DNA of 56,178 nucleotides from a virus (lineage: Duplodnaviria > Caudoviricetes), in IMG/VR virus record IMGVR_UViG_3300043398_000200, positions 1 through 56,178 of that record, one strand, 5' to 3'. This document shows, one piece after another, positions 17,601 through 26,316 of this stretch (positions within the stretch are counted from its first letter, which is position 1; every line of letters starts with the position of its first letter). The position numbers were made by a program, and so were the translations under genes. A model generated the notes under the pieces. It worked only from the letters and a program-made list of their open reading frames with translations. It was not told where the DNA came from and did not search any database.

Positions 17601-20376
17601 TGGCCCGGTCCCGCAATGTCTGCTCGATGGTTGTGCGAGTGCGACGCTGAAGCGCGGGAATATTGCCCGCCTGCTTCTCCTGCGCGATGAGTTCGTTGCG
17701 CCGCTGGATGGACTGCTCAGCAGTCATCACATGGGTAGTGCGGTCCGGGAACTCGCGGTCCCACGCCGATGCACGGCGCAGCGCGTCCAGGTTGGTGGCA
17801 ACCAATGCAGAACGCGTTACAGCGCCATTCTTGTCACGCTGCTCGACTGCAATGTTGGCCCCAGCAGGCTTACCAGTACCGGAACCGGTGACTGCGCCGA
17901 GGATCTCCTGCATCGAGTGGCCACCGGCCTTCATGCCGATCACTTCGTCGGCCACCTGGCGGTTCTTGGCAATCAGCGTGCCGCCCTTGTCATCGAAGTT
18001 GGCCAGCGGGACACCCACGCCACGAAGCTCATCGAAGCGACCTGTTTCCCGCAGGTGCTGAATATTCGCCGCCGACAGGTACACACCTTCGCGCATGTTG
18101 TCGGGGTTAGCCAGATCACGCATCTGTGCATCGAGATACAGGAATGGCTCGGCTGATGGCTCATCATCCATCTCGCCGGGGCGCTGGGTCAACGAGGCGG
18201 ACTGGCTCGTAACCGGGTCAACACGAGCGTACAGCCCTTCCGACAGCTGCCCTGAATCGTACAGGGCCGCCGCGGCCTGGTTGGCTTCCTCGGACGTAGC
18301 AAACACCTGCTGCTGAAGCACGTCACCGTTGCCACCGAAAACACTCAACTGAAAGCCCTGCTTCAATACGCCAGGTGCGGTGGGTGGCGCACTCTGTGAA
18401 GGCAGTGGAGCAGTGCCTGGGCCGAGCGGGGCCGCCGGCGCTGGATTGAACATGTCCAGCTGGTTCTCATCGGCAGCAGTGCCAAGGTACGTGCCTGGGG
18501 CACCGGACTCGTTGCCGCGGAAACCCTCGGGCTGCGACAGGTCCGGGGCCTGCGGTTCCGGTATCGGAGCCACATAGTCGGGGCCACGCCCCCGCACAAT
18601 ATCCGTTCGCCCCAGCCCTCGCTGGCGGTAGCGGCCGCCCTGGCGGATGTCAGCCCCCTGCGTCAGCGGGAGTTCCTGCTGCGTGTTACGAACGTAGGTG
18701 CTTGGCAGTGAGCGGGCGAACCGCTCCTGATCCTCATCGAACTGCGGCAGCATGGATTCCTGCTGCACGGGGTACAGCCCCTGCCCAGGGGCAAAGTTCT
18801 GCGCAAGCCCACGCCGAGGGCCAGGTTGGCGCAGCTGCTCCTGCAGGGTGTTGTACCCAGCCACTTCCTCCTGTGCGGTGCTGGAAGGCTGATCGAACAG
18901 GTCCCCCATCATGCCGTCGCGTCGAATGTTCCCTGCTACCTCACCCCCAGCAACAATCGCCTGCTGAATGTCCAAAGGAACAGGGCCAAGATCGAGCGCC
19001 CGCTGCCTTGGGGCACGTAGACCGATGTCCGGCGCAATGGGGTACATTGACCCTTCACGGCGATGCGCCAGCAACGCAACAGCACTGTCTTCCGTCGGGT
19101 CGCGCAGCGGGTCAAAGTTTGATCCAAACTCACCCGTAGAATCGTAGCCCGCGGGCTGCCCCGTGTACCCTCCAGGCGGCGGCTCCTGCTGCTTGAACAC
19201 ATCATCGAACGATGCAGGACCAGAAGGCGGCGGGGGTGTTTCTTCTCCTGCTCCCGGCGTGGCGTTGGGGGCGATTGGGACACGCTGGCCAGGACCCACC
19301 AGGCCCGTAGTCACACCACCCAACAAGCCACCAACGACTGCACCAGCCGTTGACTGCTCGGCCACGCCCTGGAACAAGGGGCGGCTATTGTCGTAGACCT
19401 TGGCAGCGAAGTTCTGTGCGGCCTGCTCGTTGCCCGACTGCAGTGCTTCCTGTCCGGCCTCAATGCCGCCACCCGCCACCGCCAGTGCCATGCGACCGCT
19501 GGCGGACTCGAATACGGGCTTCAAGTAGCGCCCCGCCATCGCACCGATGGCACCGGTGATCAGGCCACCCACCAACGGCGCATAGCCCTGTGCCTCAGTG
19601 ATCAGCGTCTGCCGTGCCGTGGTGTCATCCGCACCCTGCGCGATCAGGTCCCGATACCGTTGTGAGCCGGCCTGCAGTTCTTCCGGCTTGGCCTGCTCAA
19701 CTTCGTGCGCGACGTTGGACGCAATCTGCCCAACTGACAGGATGCCTTCGGATGCACCGAGGTACTTGATGGCGTTGGCCGCCATCGCCGCACCCTGCGC
19801 CCCCTTGATGCCGGCAGCAGCCTTCAACCAGATTGCACCGGGGAGTATCGTAACCAGGGTTGACGGTGCGTTCTGCGCGAGCGCGAGGCCGAGCGTGGCC
19901 ATCGTCTCTGTGATGCCACCACGCCACACACTGTTCTGCGGATCGAGTGACAGGAACTGCCGTGCGGCACGCTCCTGCGATTCGGGCGACATGCTGGTGT
20001 ACCAGTTGTCTGCAAACTGCTCTGTTGACTGACGAGCACTGGTCAGTCCTTCCGTGACTGCATTATCGCTTCCCAGCAGCTGTCTGGAGCCATACTCCAA
20101 TGCACCGACGCCCATAGCGCCGACCTGGCCAACGCCCGACATGAATGCCTTGCCATAATCAGCCAGGCCAGGCTCTGCAGGCGCGGGTCCAGCCGGCTGC
20201 AGCGAGCGCAGGCGTGAAAGCAGGTCAGATCCCGGAGGCTGCCCAGGCGTCGGAATAGCCGAGCGCGCACGCACAGCAATCTTTGCAAGATGCTGCTTGG
20301 TGTTCTCCGGTATGTCGGAGTCCGGCCCCAGGTCCGGCATCGGTGCATACGGGAAGATGGCGCTGTAGTTGCTCAC
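11656..20376 (-). CDS. Giant internal virion/ejection protein (2906 aa), PLxRFG-type, with HExxH motif
   Basis: GPYAPLFREGDY (PLxRFG-like), HAVTHETVHAAT, C-terminal FQFMKYPQGM region; last large gene of the structural operon. Confidence 0.8.
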   Translation of the reverse strand: MSNYSAIFPYAPMPDLGPDSDIPENTKQHLAKIAVRARSAIPTPGQPPGSDLLSRLRSLQPAGPAPAEPGLADYGKAFMSGVGQVGAMGVGALEYGSRQLLGSDNAVTEGLTSARQSTEQFADNWYTSMSPESQERAARQFLSLDPQNSVWRGGITETMATLGLALAQNAPSTLVTILPGAIWLKAAAGIKGAQGAAMAANAIKYLGASEGILSVGQIASNVAHEVEQAKPEELQAGSQRYRDLIAQGADDTTARQTLITEAQGYAPLVGGLITGAIGAMAGRYLKPVFESASGRMALAVAGGGIEAGQEALQSGNEQAAQNFAAKVYDNSRPLFQGVAEQSTAGAVVGGLLGGVTTGLVGPGQRVPIAPNATPGAGEETPPPPSGPASFDDVFKQQEPPPGGYTGQPAGYDSTGEFGSNFDPLRDPTEDSAVALLAHRREGSMYPIAPDIGLRAPRQRALDLGPVPLDIQQAIVAGGEVAGNIRRDGMMGDLFDQPSSTAQEEVAGYNTLQEQLRQPGPRRGLAQNFAPGQGLYPVQQESMLPQFDEDQERFARSLPSTYVRNTQQELPLTQGADIRQGGRYRQRGLGRTDIVRGRGPDYVAPIPEPQAPDLSQPEGFRGNESGAPGTYLGTAADENQLDMFNPAPAAPLGPGTAPLPSQSAPPTAPGVLKQGFQLSVFGGNGDVLQQQVFATSEEANQAAAALYDSGQLSEGLYARVDPVTSQSASLTQRPGEMDDEPSAEPFLYLDAQMRDLANPDNMREGVYLSAANIQHLRETGRFDELRGVGVPLANFDDKGGTLIAKNRQVADEVIGMKAGGHSMQEILGAVTGSGTGKPAGANIAVEQRDKNGAVTRSALVATNLDALRRASAWDREFPDRTTHVMTAEQSIQRRNELIAQEKQAGNIPALQRRTRTTIEQTLRDRANARDLALSATRDVKTPDEVLQRLGRVATDTRTLEKVGEVGGFLPPGSYTFSKVAQADRYSKLFELLKTAIENKDEKAARMISRQLGVHLASTKPTTAAERIMAVGHKVNPKGFRGISPAPQSHEEEDNAFTIGHGDLANPYAHAELVEAAKTREIPPEDSVEFEHMFLNAVDVMAAAEKSKEKEEVERPTDVKLTARVNASAVASDRPMQERIAAGATGIESPAGRSARELMAAHTRPSEKKELIGRAFDRVTNREMGSGVSSQGITGRATEHAAVVQKEGQPTETLVSRRQRKDREGNARTMKSAVLGVRQLFDLNVPRKVREGGDAKRAEHAARVKRTYEEVDQSVKLLTESGEASVRFIRDEMKAADSAAKRTRVALADAYLKVLLAYGKILSQMHGASFNVLKEADKYNASVKYITDRKTPDGIVYALSKLMRAESLAQAQAAARMEPVVLQFAHTAKGRLVQNAINLKRLAGRFELGGVLHEAMKGNPMYEAAIAPVITKISGFIARQGGSDKLERRWIEPLTLQDLQMLRAALSPAAVNSERGANYKTKVVEPFVKLFKAFGFRFDENGMLIVPTTPTGQLDDARLNEMFLAERNVVSARRPATEIELAREARLVTDKKTQVVREAAINAQLAKRIKKAPDAPLNPYAFVKSLTEAAQALADNLETNNKISAGDVVRLFSTYVKSGLQRQLLDQLGKLNLDDVHLSWDDRIGRGGRTGQFAVDANGNRTIKLNRALLNAAREKGIDPMAAFIHAVTHETVHAATVGQLEANGALRAQLRSLVDMVRTAATKQGMDYSKHYGLTAKTNVEAEFVAEAFSNPEFQDFLRGVQIDMQESGWSKFVKFVRRALHLDGYQADNALDAIMQLSESLLTGERSEATNGMKWALENVPDNAIREHVGAAMDRLLRSNRVTNDIYKRARDKKLNLGDVGDRMLLSAMSQEQIADQYHRAFYDTDEGSSGLSDYHVAASERDANISAVKQGTEARPGGKAINREWTQLAEKYDDQAIEFARIEAESSLERVFPDRDLDAPGNEHVKSDEMKKVHAELRARLQAIDPEWTRLYGRLRDMYGRTIQQLASLRALNALRPALTGGDTVVMTKKQFNAKYDEGSVQRLGLDTVSGIQKEFGKQQTFGTREEAEQWAANEQADNPSMQFTEISKDKKTGQFEATVSVLSDDMASTVAAIARIPKMQQGPYAPLFREGDYVVHANLILDHKTFQDKKEARTWANTEAAKEVTRSARVERNPDGSWTGSVVQFEVQYRKTRAEAEAVRQVLVQEYGETGTSDVELKNEFLNGPTLLKSDDRLSRVMDKLTGNPAAQNAIKELYMEQLADASFRQHQRRRENILGAEADNAQQAMARYTEGAAYHIAQLRYGHVMSDALYRMDQFIKKVAEHKIKSPLDSVKLGHIYRELKARDTLAATPSKVIPLIQKGTQLSQLFMLLSPAYWFRNSMQVPMVMLPWLAARHGTAKAVGALLRAQKLIAHPLLTQTGRSWLGAKAAISASTGEDAFEVLEQIEGWIRQRSPPAQAAEYMKLLDKLKQQGALEITTATELRNMSEGKGNSQAQRLLDATRIMSHLTEVNNRVVSAIAAYDLAREPGPRQMTQEAAAAYARSAVSKTHMNYSASNAPRLFGRGGPLGRASPLVFQFMKYPQGMYALLIDNFYRARRGASQQERREGAKTIAGLLMSHAVVGGMTGVMLQPIKWALGAAAVLLGGGADQKEPYTWTNAMSGDIYDKWVHDAANAALGTDLGQVLARGLPTALGQDYATSLSLGSLYMLDLKADTTESLLGSLVKGLGGPTLNLGMRFHSGMKYMMEGQPWRGTEMLLPKMFSDVSKALRYSQTGIVDTRGAMIESPENLHPIDLFWQSLGVQPARIEQLYEKRGAINTQKAYEADQRAALLRRWALADMEDRQEVRAKIDAFNSKRPIHRITASALIRARQAMRKTEASNLRYTANLRPSERQLAEDFEGYNDE

Positions 20377-22112
20377 TTCTTCGGTCGCTGCGCCTGTGGC
20401 AGGTCGGCAGCCTCAAGTGCTGCCTGAAGCTGCCCTATAGAAGCTACTCGCTTGGCTTCAGCCAGTGCTCGCTCTGCGCTGATGGCCCCCTGGTACCTCT
20501 GCTTGATCTCGGCAGCGAGAAGCGCAATGTCGGGTATGTCAGCAGGATCGACAATCCCACTCTCGTCCTCTTGCAGGTTCTTGCGGAACGCAGCCTCGGC
20601 CGCGCGGAACGCGGTGCTATCCACATAAGCGCCAGCACCGCCACGCGCCTTTTCCGCCGCCAGCTCCACGCGCAGGGCGTCAGTTTCCTGGTTGGATCGT
20701 GCGTTGATCATTGCTGCCCAGCCCGCACGATCCTTGTACGTGGAGTCGGTCCTCACCTTCTGGTTCTCGCGTTCCTCGTCGCGCATCGACTTGGCGTACA
20801 GCCCCCACTTGGCCGGGTCCGCAGCTGCCTCAGCCAGATGCATTGCTGTTTCAGGGTCGATGGCCTTCACGGTATTGGGGATTGGCTTACCAGTCTTCTC
20901 ATTGACTTCGAAGCCGACAATGTGCTGACCCTGAACACCGAACTGCATGCTGGTGCCGGACGGCAGGTAGTGCCATGCGGTCTTGTAGGCCGCCATCGCT
21001 CCCTTGTTGTTACCACCCTGCTGGAGCAGTGCACCCTGACGCGCGTAGTGCGCGAAGCCTTCCTGCTGCTTCTGCTTGATGATGGCATCGACCTGATCAT
21101 CAACCAGTTCCGGGTTGCCTTCTCCACCCTCCAGCATGGCATTGAGCAGTGCGCGACGATACTTCGTCCAGTCAGCGCGCGAAAAGTCCGGGATGTCGGT
21201 CTGATCGACATCAGTGATATCCACCATTGCAGCAACTGGTGCGGCTGCAGCAGTCGGCGCTGCGCTGCGCCCACTGGTGCGCTTACTCAAAGCCGTGACG
21301 GCGGCCGACGTGCTCCCTGGGTTTGACGGCGCAACCCAGTCCGAGTTGTGCTGCCGCGCCACCATTGCGCCACTACGCCCTGGTGCCGCTGGTGCAGCGG
21401 GGGTTGGAGCAGGAGCGGGTGCTACTTGTCTTCCGGCAAACGGAGGGGTCTGCCCACGAGCAAGGGCGGCGGCGCGGGCATTGTTTACCCAATCAGCACC
21501 GTAAGCCAATGGCTGACGCTTATCCGAAGCAGTATCGAACTGCTGCGCCTGCACAGCATCAGCGTTGTAGTCGATGGCCGATTGCCTATCCCTGATGCTC
21601 TGAACGTAGGCGGCCTCTTTTGCATTACGCTGAGCTACGACCTCCAGTGCGCGCTTCTTCGCCATCTCCAGGGCGTTGTCTGGAGTACCATCGGCAAACC
21701 CCTCTGGTTCATCTCCAATCAGAGTCTGCTCCAGTCCGGTACTAGGGTCGTCCCCCTGCGTACCGCCGACATCGTAGTCAGCACCGTAAGAAGGTGCCGC
21801 AGCAAAACCAGCAGCAGGAATGGCGGCTTTCGGGCGGCGGAACAAGCCCCGTAACCGGGAAAAAGACTGACGCATGCGGTCCTGAATCGGATCACTCAGC
21901 CCTGATGGGTCAACCATGTACGGGGACGTATCGAGCGAACTCTCCCCCAACGCCGACGAAATGCGGTCACTGCGATGCCGTTTCTGCGCAACCCCCAACG
22001 CACCAGTCTCGATGGCCTGCTGCCGCAGCTTGCGGAACTGCTTGTTTTCTTCCCAACGGTCGCGGGCATCACGGCCGGCGGCGAAACTTGCGGGTACGTC
22101 TTCCCAACCCAT
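20373..22112 (-). CDS. Internal virion (ejection) protein
   Basis: GAGGT RBS before MGWEDV; Ala/Gln-rich helical; lies between ejection genes. Confidence 0.7.
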   Translation of the reverse strand: MGWEDVPASFAAGRDARDRWEENKQFRKLRQQAIETGALGVAQKRHRSDRISSALGESSLDTSPYMVDPSGLSDPIQDRMRQSFSRLRGLFRRPKAAIPAAGFAAAPSYGADYDVGGTQGDDPSTGLEQTLIGDEPEGFADGTPDNALEMAKKRALEVVAQRNAKEAAYVQSIRDRQSAIDYNADAVQAQQFDTASDKRQPLAYGADWVNNARAAALARGQTPPFAGRQVAPAPAPTPAAPAAPGRSGAMVARQHNSDWVAPSNPGSTSAAVTALSKRTSGRSAAPTAAAAPVAAMVDITDVDQTDIPDFSRADWTKYRRALLNAMLEGGEGNPELVDDQVDAIIKQKQQEGFAHYARQGALLQQGGNNKGAMAAYKTAWHYLPSGTSMQFGVQGQHIVGFEVNEKTGKPIPNTVKAIDPETAMHLAEAAADPAKWGLYAKSMRDEERENQKVRTDSTYKDRAGWAAMINARSNQETDALRVELAAEKARGGAGAYVDSTAFRAAEAAFRKNLQEDESGIVDPADIPDIALLAAEIKQRYQGAISAERALAEAKRVASIGQLQAALEAADLPQAQRPKK

Positions 22113-22122
22113 TGTCGTTACC

Positions 22123-23142
22123 TCACGCCATCGCAGCGCGCTGCTGGGCCGCAGGAGTATGGTACTTCTGCAGCAGCTTGTCGAAGAACTCCCGTCCCTT
22201 GGCCTGCACCACATCGGCGGGGATCACGTACTCCTTGACCGACAGCATGGCAGGCACCTGATCATCGATGCCACTGCCGTCTCCAGGCCCCTGGACCGGC
22301 CCCACCTGCTGCATGGGGATAGCCTGCCGCGGCTCGCCGCCATCAGCCATGAACATGCCTGCAATGCCGGCCACGCCACTGATGGCCCCGGTGATCGAGT
22401 CGCTGTTCTGCTTGGCGGCCGCCGAGGCATTCTGGAAGCCCTGGGTCGAGATGTTGGACGCGGAGTTGTACCCCTGCAGGGCTGTGTTCAGCCCCTGCCC
22501 GGCCGCGCCGAAGGATGCCGCCCCGCCGGCGGTGGTCGCATTTGCATTGCCCACCTGCGAGTTGCCAGCGTTGAGTACCTGACCGTACGCACCGGCCACG
22601 TTGGATGGGTACCCCTTGCCGATGTTCAGCGCCTCGGCACGGAGCGAACGGCCAACGGCTTCAGTGTTACGGGCCGCGTTGGTGCCCGCCGCAGCCTGGG
22701 CCTGGGCCTGGGCCGTGCGGACGCCAACATCGAGGGCCTGGTTGCGCACCATGCTCGGGTCAACGCCGTAGCCCTCCAGCCTCTGCAGAGCGTTGGTACG
22801 CTGTGCGTCGAACGACTGGTTGACATCGGCAATGGCCCGACTGCGGTCCGCCGCCCGTCGGGTGGGCGAGTCGTAGTTCTGGAAGTCCTTGACCAGGTTG
22901 TCTTCGAGTGGCTGGTAGATCTGCTGGTAACGGCTGCGGTCGAGCCTGGCATTGGCCAGCTGCTCGTCCTGCACGGCGTTCTGCTTGCCCAGCACCTGCT
23001 GGAGCGTTTCGCGGTTCTTCGCGTCCTGCTCTTTGGCCCACGCAAGCTGGTCGGCAGAATTCTGCCGCGCAATGTCCGCCGTCTCCTTGGATGAGTCAGC
23101 CAGCGGCTGCAAGTTTGGCGGGTCGGGTGCTTTCTTTGACAT
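22123..23142 (-). CDS. Internal virion (ejection/pilot) protein
   Basis: MSKKAPDPP N-terminus, Ala/Gln/Gly-rich, C-terminal GPGDG..DDQVPAMLS..EYVIPADVV motif. Confidence 0.75.
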   Translation of the reverse strand: MSKKAPDPPNLQPLADSSKETADIARQNSADQLAWAKEQDAKNRETLQQVLGKQNAVQDEQLANARLDRSRYQQIYQPLEDNLVKDFQNYDSPTRRAADRSRAIADVNQSFDAQRTNALQRLEGYGVDPSMVRNQALDVGVRTAQAQAQAAAGTNAARNTEAVGRSLRAEALNIGKGYPSNVAGAYGQVLNAGNSQVGNANATTAGGAASFGAAGQGLNTALQGYNSASNISTQGFQNASAAAKQNSDSITGAISGVAGIAGMFMADGGEPRQAIPMQQVGPVQGPGDGSGIDDQVPAMLSVKEYVIPADVVQAKGREFFDKLLQKYHTPAAQQRAAMA

Positions 23143-23551
23143 AGTACTTGGACCTCATCCAGTCATCGCGCGTGAAGCGAAGGAAGTGAAGCCCCCCATC
23201 GGGGTGCGCGCCTTCCGCAAAGAATACTTCCTTGAATCCGAGCCGGCGGTCGATGTCGAGGGCAAGGGTGTTGCCAGAAGGCACAACGCCGAAGACCATT
23301 GCAAGGTCGAGGACTTCGAAGGGGTACCGGAACGCGCGTCGAATAAAATCGCGCGTGATCCAGGGACCTTCCCCGGCCATATGCATACGACAGCACGTCC
23401 CTGTAAACCCTTCATATCCAACGACGGCGATGATGTGGTCATCGACGACTCGCGCGAGTGCGCGGAAGTCAGAAGACCAAGGCAGGCCAATACGCTGACG
23501 AAGCCAGTCATGAATGACGAAGGGCGGTGTTGACGTATAGAAGTCACTCAC
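23096..23551 (-). CDS. GNAT-fold acetyltransferase-like virion morphogenesis protein
   Basis: AFRYPF..L...VPSGNTLAL....RLGFKE pattern; GTG start at 23551 overlapping upstream TAG (alternative TTG at 23566). Confidence 0.75.
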   Translation of the reverse strand: MSDFYTSTPPFVIHDWLRQRIGLPWSSDFRALARVVDDHIIAVVGYEGFTGTCCRMHMAGEGPWITRDFIRRAFRYPFEVLDLAMVFGVVPSGNTLALDIDRRLGFKEVFFAEGAHPDGGLHFLRFTRDDWMRSKYYVKESTRPAKLAAAG

Positions 23552-23946
23552 TAGAACTCTTTGCAATCAGGAAGCGGGAATGTGACCTTCGAAAGCTTGT
23601 GATACTCGAAGATCGTTTTCTGCAGGGTCTCCAGGTACAACTGCTTCAGGGTGGGGTTGTCGGTCCTGCAGTGCATGGCCCTCATGGCGAGGATGCGACC
23701 CTCCAGGTCTACCGCCCTGGCCTGCACCAGCTGCTGGCGGATTTCCTGCGTATCAGCGGCTGAGGCAAACCCCGGATAGATCGACGGGATAAAGCCGCAG
23801 GCCAGTGCGATGTGTGTTGCGAGTCCCATACCAATAACTCCTGTAGTGATTGCCATAAACCATCTCCACGCAACAACATCTTCCGCGTCCGCGTCGTGGC
23901 CAGGGGGGCGCAGTCGTCCTGCCATACTGAGTACTTCCTCGATCAT
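23551..23946 (-). CDS. Membrane protein of the lysis cassette (antiholin/spanin-like candidate)
   Basis: One hydrophobic segment, then a helical domain with two Cys; ATGA-coupled to the holin. Confidence 0.55.
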   Translation of the reverse strand: MIEEVLSMAGRLRPPGHDADAEDVVAWRWFMAITTGVIGMGLATHIALACGFIPSIYPGFASAADTQEIRQQLVQARAVDLEGRILAMRAMHCRTDNPTLKQLYLETLQKTIFEYHKLSKVTFPLPDCKEF

Positions 23947-24368
23947 GGTGTGTCGCTTTGCGTCCTGCGCCAGTAGCGAATGCCGACAGTTGCAAAAAAG
24001 AGCGACACCAGCATGATCTGGTACCACACCGGTGTCTTGGCGAGGGCGGCGAACCCCTTCAGGACGTAAATGTCCAGCCCTGGGATGAAGGCCATCACCG
24101 CCGGCATGCTGACAACAATCAGTGTATACTCATCCTTCCATGACGAGGCGGCCTGCCGGGCGAACTCCATCTCCCAGTTCGCATCGGCCGTCAGGCCCTG
24201 CGATACCAGTTCAATCTGCCGGGTCTTCTGCGCAAGCAGCAGTTCGTGGTCCTTGATCCGTGCCTCGGATTCGAACTTCGCCTGTTCGACTTTCAGCTCC
24301 GCCCGACGCTTGAAATAATCTGCGACAGGGCCGGTGAGGCCGGTAATGGCATCTGTGAGCAGACTCAT
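23943..24368 (-). CDS. Holin (GTA 3TM-holin-like)
   Basis: SSWKDEY motif followed by two hydrophobic segments; directly after the endolysin. Confidence 0.75.
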   Translation of the reverse strand: MSLLTDAITGLTGPVADYFKRRAELKVEQAKFESEARIKDHELLLAQKTRQIELVSQGLTADANWEMEFARQAASSWKDEYTLIVVSMPAVMAFIPGLDIYVLKGFAALAKTPVWYQIMLVSLFFATVGIRYWRRTQSDTP

Positions 24369-24799
24369 GGAGTACCTCCGATACCAGCGATATCCCGCCA
24401 GTTCTTCTGCTGCAAGTGCGCCAGTTCCGAGAATCTTGGCTCGTTCGCCAGCGACTGTAAACCAACCTTCTCTGCCAATGCAATAGCCCGCCCATACAAC
24501 GACTTATCGTTCCACTGGGGCTTGCCAAGCAGCATCGGCACGAAGTCCAGGGCCAGGCCGAAATTGTGCGCCGACTGCCCCCCACGGGCGTTGGTGACGG
24601 TGCGGCCCATCGGCCGGCGCGTCGTCACGTCCTTGCCTTTGACCGTGCGGCCAACCTTGTACAGTTCGTCCTGCTCCGCACTCGTCCGCAGGGTGCAGTA
24701 GATCAGCACTGTCAGGCCGGCGGTGCGGCACTCCGCCTGCCACTTGTAGGCCAGTGCGGCAAACTCCGGTCGGCAGTCATTGAGGCTGGTGGAGGGCAT
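24365..24799 (-). CDS. Endolysin, M15 family peptidase
   Basis: TLRTSAEQDELY..GRT..VTNARGGQSAHNFGLALDF...ELAHLQ. Confidence 0.92.
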   Translation of the reverse strand: MPSTSLNDCRPEFAALAYKWQAECRTAGLTVLIYCTLRTSAEQDELYKVGRTVKGKDVTTRRPMGRTVTNARGGQSAHNFGLALDFVPMLLGKPQWNDKSLYGRAIALAEKVGLQSLANEPRFSELAHLQQKNWRDIAGIGGTP

Positions 24800-26316
24800 T
24801 ACAGCGCCGCCATGATGTAGAGGATCAGTTCGGTGTAGATCAAGCTATACCGGCCATTCTCCTTGGAGAGGAACGCCAGCTTGTCCGGGTCGATGCCTGC
24901 TTCGCGCGCAGCCTGTTCGACTTCCTGCGCGTACAGGCCGATGTGAATCTTGCCGTCAGGCTCCGACTTCCACCGGTACTTGCGGATCATCCGCTTCAGC
25001 GTCCATGCAAAGGTTTCATCCCTGGACGAGAACGGGCCAGCATCTTCCTTGAGGGTCTGATCGGACGTGACATGCAGTGCATTCACGCTCCAGATGTCTG
25101 CCCACGGCTTGCCTGATGATCCCAATGCACGAGTGCCATTCGTGTCAGGCTCCGTGTTCCCCTGACCGAGTACAATCGTCGATCCGTAAATATTAAGCGG
25201 GATGTATGTAGTAGTGCTGTTCCTATACGCCTGAACGAATCCTGCGGATGCGCCAGCCGAGTATCCGACCTGGACTGCGTTGTCTATCGCACCATCCAGC
25301 TCGTCCCCCCACTGCCCGTTGCCCTGGATCTCCATGCCGAAGCCAGTGACCATGCCGACGCCATCGGACACTTCCAGCAGATCGGGACCGGCCTTGATGC
25401 CTGACCTCGCCCACAAATAAGTGTAGACCTCTGCACAGTTGCGCGGCGGCACCTGATTCCACGGCTCGGGGCTGGCCGAAATAGCTGGGCCACATATGCG
25501 TACGGAGTTGTTGCCCCACACGCCCAGCTGCATCCAGTCCTCGGAAGAATTGGATACGTGCACACCCCAAACTGACCTGATGCTCCCGGCTGTGTCGTCG
25601 CTATCCACGAACCGCGAGAAAAACCCGCAGTGCTGTACGTCGCTACCGTTACTGTCAACGCCCTCGAAACTAATGGCATTCTCGTCGTCGGCCTTGACGT
25701 TGCGCATGACCAGGAAGGTGTGGCTGCCAACACCTGTCCGGTTCATCAGGATCAGCTGTGCGGCTTCACGCGTTACACCAACCGCCCCCACCTGCCCGGC
25801 GAGGACCATACCGCCATCAACCGAAACTATAGGTGCCCCACCATGATCCAGCTGCGACAGGGCATGCGACATCGACGAGTACCGCGCCGTCCAGCCCCAG
25901 GGGTAGGACAGATCCACTGGAGTAACGCCAGCGGCAATTTCTGCAGCGGATATCGGGAACGAACCTGTAATCGCCACCCACGCGCCACCCTGGCGGACTT
26001 CATGCTGCGAAGTGGTGCTGTTGTAGATGATCGTGCCGTCTTGCGGGTTCTTGAGATCATCCCGCATGGCCGTGGTCATCGTCGGCGGGTCCTGGCCGAG
26101 CGTCACCAGCCGGTCCGCACCTTGTACCTGCGCCAGCCCCAAAGCCACGAGGTCGCTCACACGGACGTAGGAGTCCATCAAGTTGCGGGTCCGCCTGGCA
26201 CCGATCTCGGTGTTCTCACGCAACAAGTTGATGGCCTTGGTGTGCGACTGCGGGTCGTCCGAAACCTCCGGTACTGTCGGGGTCTGACTATTAGGGCGGA
26301 GCCACAACGTCTTCAT
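24799..26316 (-). CDS. Tail fibre/spike with C-terminal intramolecular chaperone (peptidase S74-like)
   Basis: TSDQTLKE...YRWK...HIGLYAQEVE...YTEL. Confidence 0.8.
   Translation of the reverse strand: MKTLWLRPNSQTPTVPEVSDDPQSHTKAINLLRENTEIGARRTRNLMDSYVRVSDLVALGLAQVQGADRLVTLGQDPPTMTTAMRDDLKNPQDGTIIYNSTTSQHEVRQGGAWVAITGSFPISAAEIAAGVTPVDLSYPWGWTARYSSMSHALSQLDHGGAPIVSVDGGMVLAGQVGAVGVTREAAQLILMNRTGVGSHTFLVMRNVKADDENAISFEGVDSNGSDVQHCGFFSRFVDSDDTAGSIRSVWGVHVSNSSEDWMQLGVWGNNSVRICGPAISASPEPWNQVPPRNCAEVYTYLWARSGIKAGPDLLEVSDGVGMVTGFGMEIQGNGQWGDELDGAIDNAVQVGYSAGASAGFVQAYRNSTTTYIPLNIYGSTIVLGQGNTEPDTNGTRALGSSGKPWADIWSVNALHVTSDQTLKEDAGPFSSRDETFAWTLKRMIRKYRWKSEPDGKIHIGLYAQEVEQAAREAGIDPDKLAFLSKENGRYSLIYTELILYIMAAL

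Noticed and set aside
11656-20376. N4-like virion RNA polymerase
   Set aside because: No recognisable polymerase motifs; PLxRFG/HExxH features fit an ejection protein
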